DNA from: an uncultured Massilia sp.
GTDB taxonomy: Bacteria > Pseudomonadota > Gammaproteobacteria > Burkholderiales > Burkholderiaceae_D
Direction: 5' to 3'
Assembly (NCBI GenBank): GCA_963529995.1
Contig: CAUSCY010000008.1
Location: 26,933-90,932, forward strand
Length of the DNA: 64,000 nt
Made by a program: the position numbers and the translations under genes. Below the pieces are notes generated by a model. The model was given only the letters and a program-made list of their open reading frames with translations, ran no database searches and was not told the origin of the DNA. Each line of letters opens with the position of its first letter. Within the stretch, counting starts at the first letter, position 1. This document shows, in pieces, positions 60,919 to 64,000 of the stretch.

Positions 60919-61014
60919 GCGGTTTGTCTACTTCTTTTTGCAGCGCTGTATTTTTGCGCGCACGGCTGAAGAAAAACGCTTGCGTTCGCGTTGCCGGTCC
61001 AGCAGAATACGAAA

Positions 61015-61038
61015 CTGAATGAGAATGATTCGCATTAT
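61015..61038. promoter_or_regulatory. candidate Fur box upstream of bfd
   Basis: AATGAGAATGATTCGC matches 12 of 16 positions of the AATGATAATCATTATC core. Lies 50-70 nt upstream of the bfd ATG. Confidence 0.6.
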
Positions 61039-61087
61039 AGGTCAAGCAACATTGACCAGTGTGCATCCCTACTATCGGAATCGCCCC

Positions 61088-61306
61088 ATGATCGTCTGTG
61101 TCTGCAACAACATCTCCGACCGCGAAATCCGCCAGGCGGTCGACCTCGGCCTCACTTCGATGGCCGACCTGTACAAGGAACTCGGTGTCGGCACCTGCTG
61201 CGGCAAATGCGTCAGCTATGCCCGCGAGGTCATGCACGAACACCTGGAAAGCAAGACGACGGTCACCGAGCTGCGCCGCACCCCGGCCGCCGGCCTGACT
61301 GCCTGA
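61088..61306 (+). CDS. bfd: bacterioferritin-associated ferredoxin
   Basis: MIVCVCNNISDREI...GTCCGKC [2Fe-2S] cysteines. Confidence 0.85.
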   Translation: MIVCVCNNISDREIRQAVDLGLTSMADLYKELGVGTCCGKCVSYAREVMHEHLESKTTVTELRRTPAAGLTA

Positions 61307-61526
61307 CATCAGCCAACCCGTCTGATTCCCGCCACGGGCGCGGCATTTGCCTGCGCCCGCTCCCCATCGCCCCGCGCCGCCGGCGCCGCCCTCCTTCCAA
61401 CGGCATGCGCTCGCGCGCCGTTGCCGCCTGACGCCGGATATTGCTCCGCACAATCGCCGCGTGTTCCCGGCCGTGGTTTCCCCGCTTTGGTAGTATGTGG
61501 ACTCCGACGCATCCAGGTCCTGTCCC

Positions 61527-62207
61527 ATGCCAGTGATCCCGTTCCGTTCGCCAAGGGCTCCCTTCCGGGTCGAGCCGCCGCCCGCGCCGTCGCGGACTGC
61601 CGTCGCCATCCATTGGCTGCGCAGGATGCACGTGTGGATCGGCCTCTGGGGCGCCCTGCTCGGCCTGCTGTTCGGCAGCACCGGCATCCTGCTCAACCAC
61701 CGCGACGTGCTCCCCATCCCGGCCGCCCAGGTCCAGGAAACCACGGTGCAAGTGCCGCTGCCGGCGCCCGCGCCGCGCACGCCGCAGGCGCTGGCCGACT
61801 GGCTCAGGCGCTCGCTCAGGCTGGGCCCGGATCCCGTGCGCGTACAGGCCGAGGCCGCGCGGCCGGTGGCCTGGGGCGACCGCTCCCTGGTCCAGCCGGC
61901 GCGCTGGCGCGCCAGCTTCGCGGCGCCGTCCGGCAGCGTGCAGGCCGAGTACTGGGTCGGCAACAACTACGTGACCGTCACGCGCAGCGACAACAATTTT
62001 TTCGCCACGCTGTCCAACCTGCACAAGGGCACCGGCATGGGGATCGCATGGGTGCTGCTGGTCGATACGCTGGCCGGTTCGATCATCCTGCTGTCGCTGT
62101 CCGGCGTGCTGCTGTGGGCGCTCACGGCGCGCGTGCGCACCGTCGGGCTGGCGATCGGCGCGGCCTCGCTGGTAGCGGCGGGCACGCTGGCGCTGGCCGC
62201 CTGGTAG
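61527..62207 (+). CDS. PepSY-associated TM-helix protein
   Basis: IHWLRRMHVWIGLWGALLGLLFGSTGILLNHR and C-terminal LHKGTGMGIAWVLLVDTLAGSIILLSLSGVLLW. Start is 61527 or 61497. Confidence 0.65.
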   Translation: MPVIPFRSPRAPFRVEPPPAPSRTAVAIHWLRRMHVWIGLWGALLGLLFGSTGILLNHRDVLPIPAAQVQETTVQVPLPAPAPRTPQALADWLRRSLRLGPDPVRVQAEAARPVAWGDRSLVQPARWRASFAAPSGSVQAEYWVGNNYVTVTRSDNNFFATLSNLHKGTGMGIAWVLLVDTLAGSIILLSLSGVLLWALTARVRTVGLAIGAASLVAAGTLALAAW

Positions 62208-62315
62208 ACGGCGCTGCCGCATGGCATGGCAAAAAGGAAGGTCCGGAGATGTCCGGCAGGCCCAGGGGTTTGCTATGATGCCGGGGTCACATCCACACGC
62301 AAATAAAGGCATTCC

Positions 62316-62786
62316 ATGAAGGGCGACCCGAATATCATCCGTCTGCTGAACGCACAGCTGACCAACGAACTGACCGCAGTCAACCAGTACTTCCTGCATG
62401 CGCGCATGTACAAGCACTGGGGCTTCGACAAGCTCGGCAAGAAGGAATACGAGGAATCGATCGGCGAGATGAAGCATGCCGACAAGCTGATCGACCGCAT
62501 CCTGATGCTGGACGGCCTGCCGAACCTGCAGGCGCTGCACAAGCTGCTGATCGGCGAATCGGCCCAGGAAATGCTGGAATGCGACCTGAAGCTGGAACGC
62601 GCGGCCCAGGTCACCGTCAAGGAAGGCATCGCCGCTTCCGAGATCGCCCACGACTACGTGTCGCGCGACCTGTTCCTGATGATCCTGGAAGATACCGAGG
62701 AACACATCGAGTGGCTGGAGACGCAGCTGGACCTGATCGTCAAGGTCGGGATCCAGAACTACCTGCAATCGCAGATCGGCGAGTAA
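62316..62786 (+). CDS. bfr: bacterioferritin
   Basis: MKGDPNIIRLLNAQLTNELTAVNQYFLHARM...EESIGEMKHAD...EEHIEWLE. Confidence 0.95.
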   Translation: MKGDPNIIRLLNAQLTNELTAVNQYFLHARMYKHWGFDKLGKKEYEESIGEMKHADKLIDRILMLDGLPNLQALHKLLIGESAQEMLECDLKLERAAQVTVKEGIAASEIAHDYVSRDLFLMILEDTEEHIEWLETQLDLIVKVGIQNYLQSQIGE

Positions 62787-62812
62787 GCGTCGAAAAACAC
62801 TTAACGCATTTT

Positions 62813-62894
62813 CGTCGCCCCTGCGCAGGCAGGGGCCCAATTTCGCGTTCCGACAGTGCTGAAAAATTGGGTCCCTGCCTTCGCAGGGACGACG
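62813..62894. repeat. MITE-like inverted-pair element, family B
   Basis: Arms CGTCGCCCCTGCGCAGGCAGGGGCCCAATTT ... AAAAATTGGGTCCCTGCCTTCGCAGGGACGACG. Confidence 0.8.
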
Positions 62895-62910
62895 CTTCAT
62901 ACGGCGTAGG

Positions 62911-63849
62911 TTACCGCCAGCGCGCCACCCACTTGTCGTAGAACCCCAGGTCGCGCGGCACCGCGCCCGGCACGGCGCAGATGGCGCCGGCGAATTCGTT
63001 GGCGCGCGCCAGCGTCGTCTCCAGCGGCCAGTCGCGTTCCCGTCCCAGCAGCATGATCGCCGCGAAGGCGTCGCCCGCCCCGGCCGTGTCGATCACGAAC
63101 GGCGGCACCGGGTTGTCGCGGTGCGCCAGCAGGCTGCCGTCGGCGCAGAAGGTCACGGAGCCGCGGTGGCCCAGCGTCACGACGAGCGTTTCCAGTGCGA
63201 AGCGGTCCATCAGCGCGCGGCAGGCCGCGTGCACTTCCTCGGTGGCCAGCGGCGGATCGTCCGGGCCGATCTGGAAATACCACTGGAACAGCGCCTGCAA
63301 TTCCTCTTCGTTGACCTTGACGACGTCGGCCGTCGTGAGCGCGCGCGTGACGAGGGATTCGTCCGCCTGGCCCGGACGCAGGTTCAGGTCGAGGAAGCGG
63401 CTGGCCGGCGTCGCCTCCAGCACGGCGTGCAGCGCCAGGCGCGAACGCTCCTCGCGCTGGGCCAGGGTACCGTAGTAGACGCTGCGCGCATCGAGCGCAC
63501 GGGCGGCGCCGATGCTGTCGCGGGCCGCCTGCGGGTCGATGAAGTCGTAGGCCTGGCCGGGCAGCAGCGTCAGGCGCTGGCCGCCGCCGCTACCATTAGC
63601 GCTGCGCTCGACCAGCATGCGGCCCGTTTCTTCCATGGGGTCGACCTGCACGCCCGTCTCCGGCATCACGAAGCGCTCGAACTCGGCGCGCACGGCCAGG
63701 CCGTTGCGGTCGTCGCCGATGCGCGTGATCATCAGGGGCGGCAGCATGAAGGCGGCGAGGTGGCGCGCCACGTTGAACGGCGCGCCGCCGATGCTTTGCT
63801 CCGACGGCAGTTCCTCGACCAGCGCTTCGCCGAATACGATGGTGGTCAT
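62911..63849 (-). CDS. PfkB-family carbohydrate kinase
   Basis: GGAPFNVARHLA N-terminal motif and VIDTAGAGDAF ATP/anion-hole motif. Confidence 0.85.
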   Translation of the reverse strand: MTTIVFGEALVEELPSEQSIGGAPFNVARHLAAFMLPPLMITRIGDDRNGLAVRAEFERFVMPETGVQVDPMEETGRMLVERSANGSGGGQRLTLLPGQAYDFIDPQAARDSIGAARALDARSVYYGTLAQREERSRLALHAVLEATPASRFLDLNLRPGQADESLVTRALTTADVVKVNEEELQALFQWYFQIGPDDPPLATEEVHAACRALMDRFALETLVVTLGHRGSVTFCADGSLLAHRDNPVPPFVIDTAGAGDAFAAIMLLGRERDWPLETTLARANEFAGAICAVPGAVPRDLGFYDKWVARWR

Positions 63850-63866
63850 GCGCTCGCTCCCGGCAT

Positions 63867-64000
63867 TCAGGCGGCCGGGGGCGCGGTGTCCTTGAACGAC
63901 GGACGTTCGGACAGCTTGTCGAACAGGCGCGCCAGGTTCGGGTAGTCGCCGCGCCAGTCGATGTCCGGGAAGCGGAACGCGAGCCAGCCCAGCGTGCAGC
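63867..64000 (-). CDS. glutathione S-transferase-like protein, C-terminal fragment (runs off the window)
   Basis: Hand translation gives ...GWLAFRFPDIDWRGDYPNLARLFDKLSERPSFKDTAPPAA*. YPNLxxxxxxLxxRPSF is a GST C-terminal pattern. Confidence 0.5.
   Translation of the reverse strand, partial: CTLGWLAFRFPDIDWRGDYPNLARLFDKLSERPSFKDTAPPAA

Overview
This is a high-GC (roughly 65%) chromosomal segment. Gene order and repeat types look betaproteobacterial, probably Burkholderiales or Oxalobacteraceae-like, but that is inference from synteny only.

I can support about 60 protein-coding genes. Nearly all sit in conserved housekeeping blocks: cysE; proA-holA-lptE-leuS; dapB-bamE/fur/hrcA; rsmA-pdxA-surA-lptD divergent from amgK-murU-pepP-ubiH; pntAA-pntAB-pntB; nudix-mnmA; feoABC; bfd-bfr. 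I found no rRNA, tRNA, CRISPR array, transposase, integrase or prophage genes. Most long ORFs in the six-frame track are antisense shadow ORFs typical of high-GC DNA.

Non-routine content, most interesting first:
1. A three-gene module (radical SAM, DUF4130/TIGR03915, UdgX-like uracil-DNA glycosylase) sits behind a near-perfect LexA SOS box. The DUF4130 and UdgX ORFs are one continuous reading frame broken by a single TGA, at a position where I expect a Trp codon.
2. At least four families of intergenic palindromic repeats are present. One is a MITE-like, roughly 85-bp inverted-pair element whose arm hairpins show compensatory stem changes.
3. A tightly coupled four-gene operon encodes an HDOD-GAF histidine kinase, a REC-PAS-GGDEF-EAL protein, a roughly 13-repeat Sel1 protein and a small membrane protein.
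4. A small secreted-protein islet lies between the HAD hydrolase gene and rsmA. It holds two tandem lipoprotein paralogues, two tandem 64-aa signal-peptide proteins and a Tat-signal degenerate PAP2/haloperoxidase-like protein.
5. Smaller items: an orphan barstar gene, an RsbQ/KAI2-type hydrolase, a GAF-rich signalling cluster with an aspartate-less receiver, and Fur boxes in the iron cluster.

I do not see a clear-cut novel defence or toxin system. The SOS-linked rSAM/DUF4130/UdgX module and the small-protein islet are the best candidates for uncharacterised biology. All family assignments rest on motif recognition by eye, not database searches.
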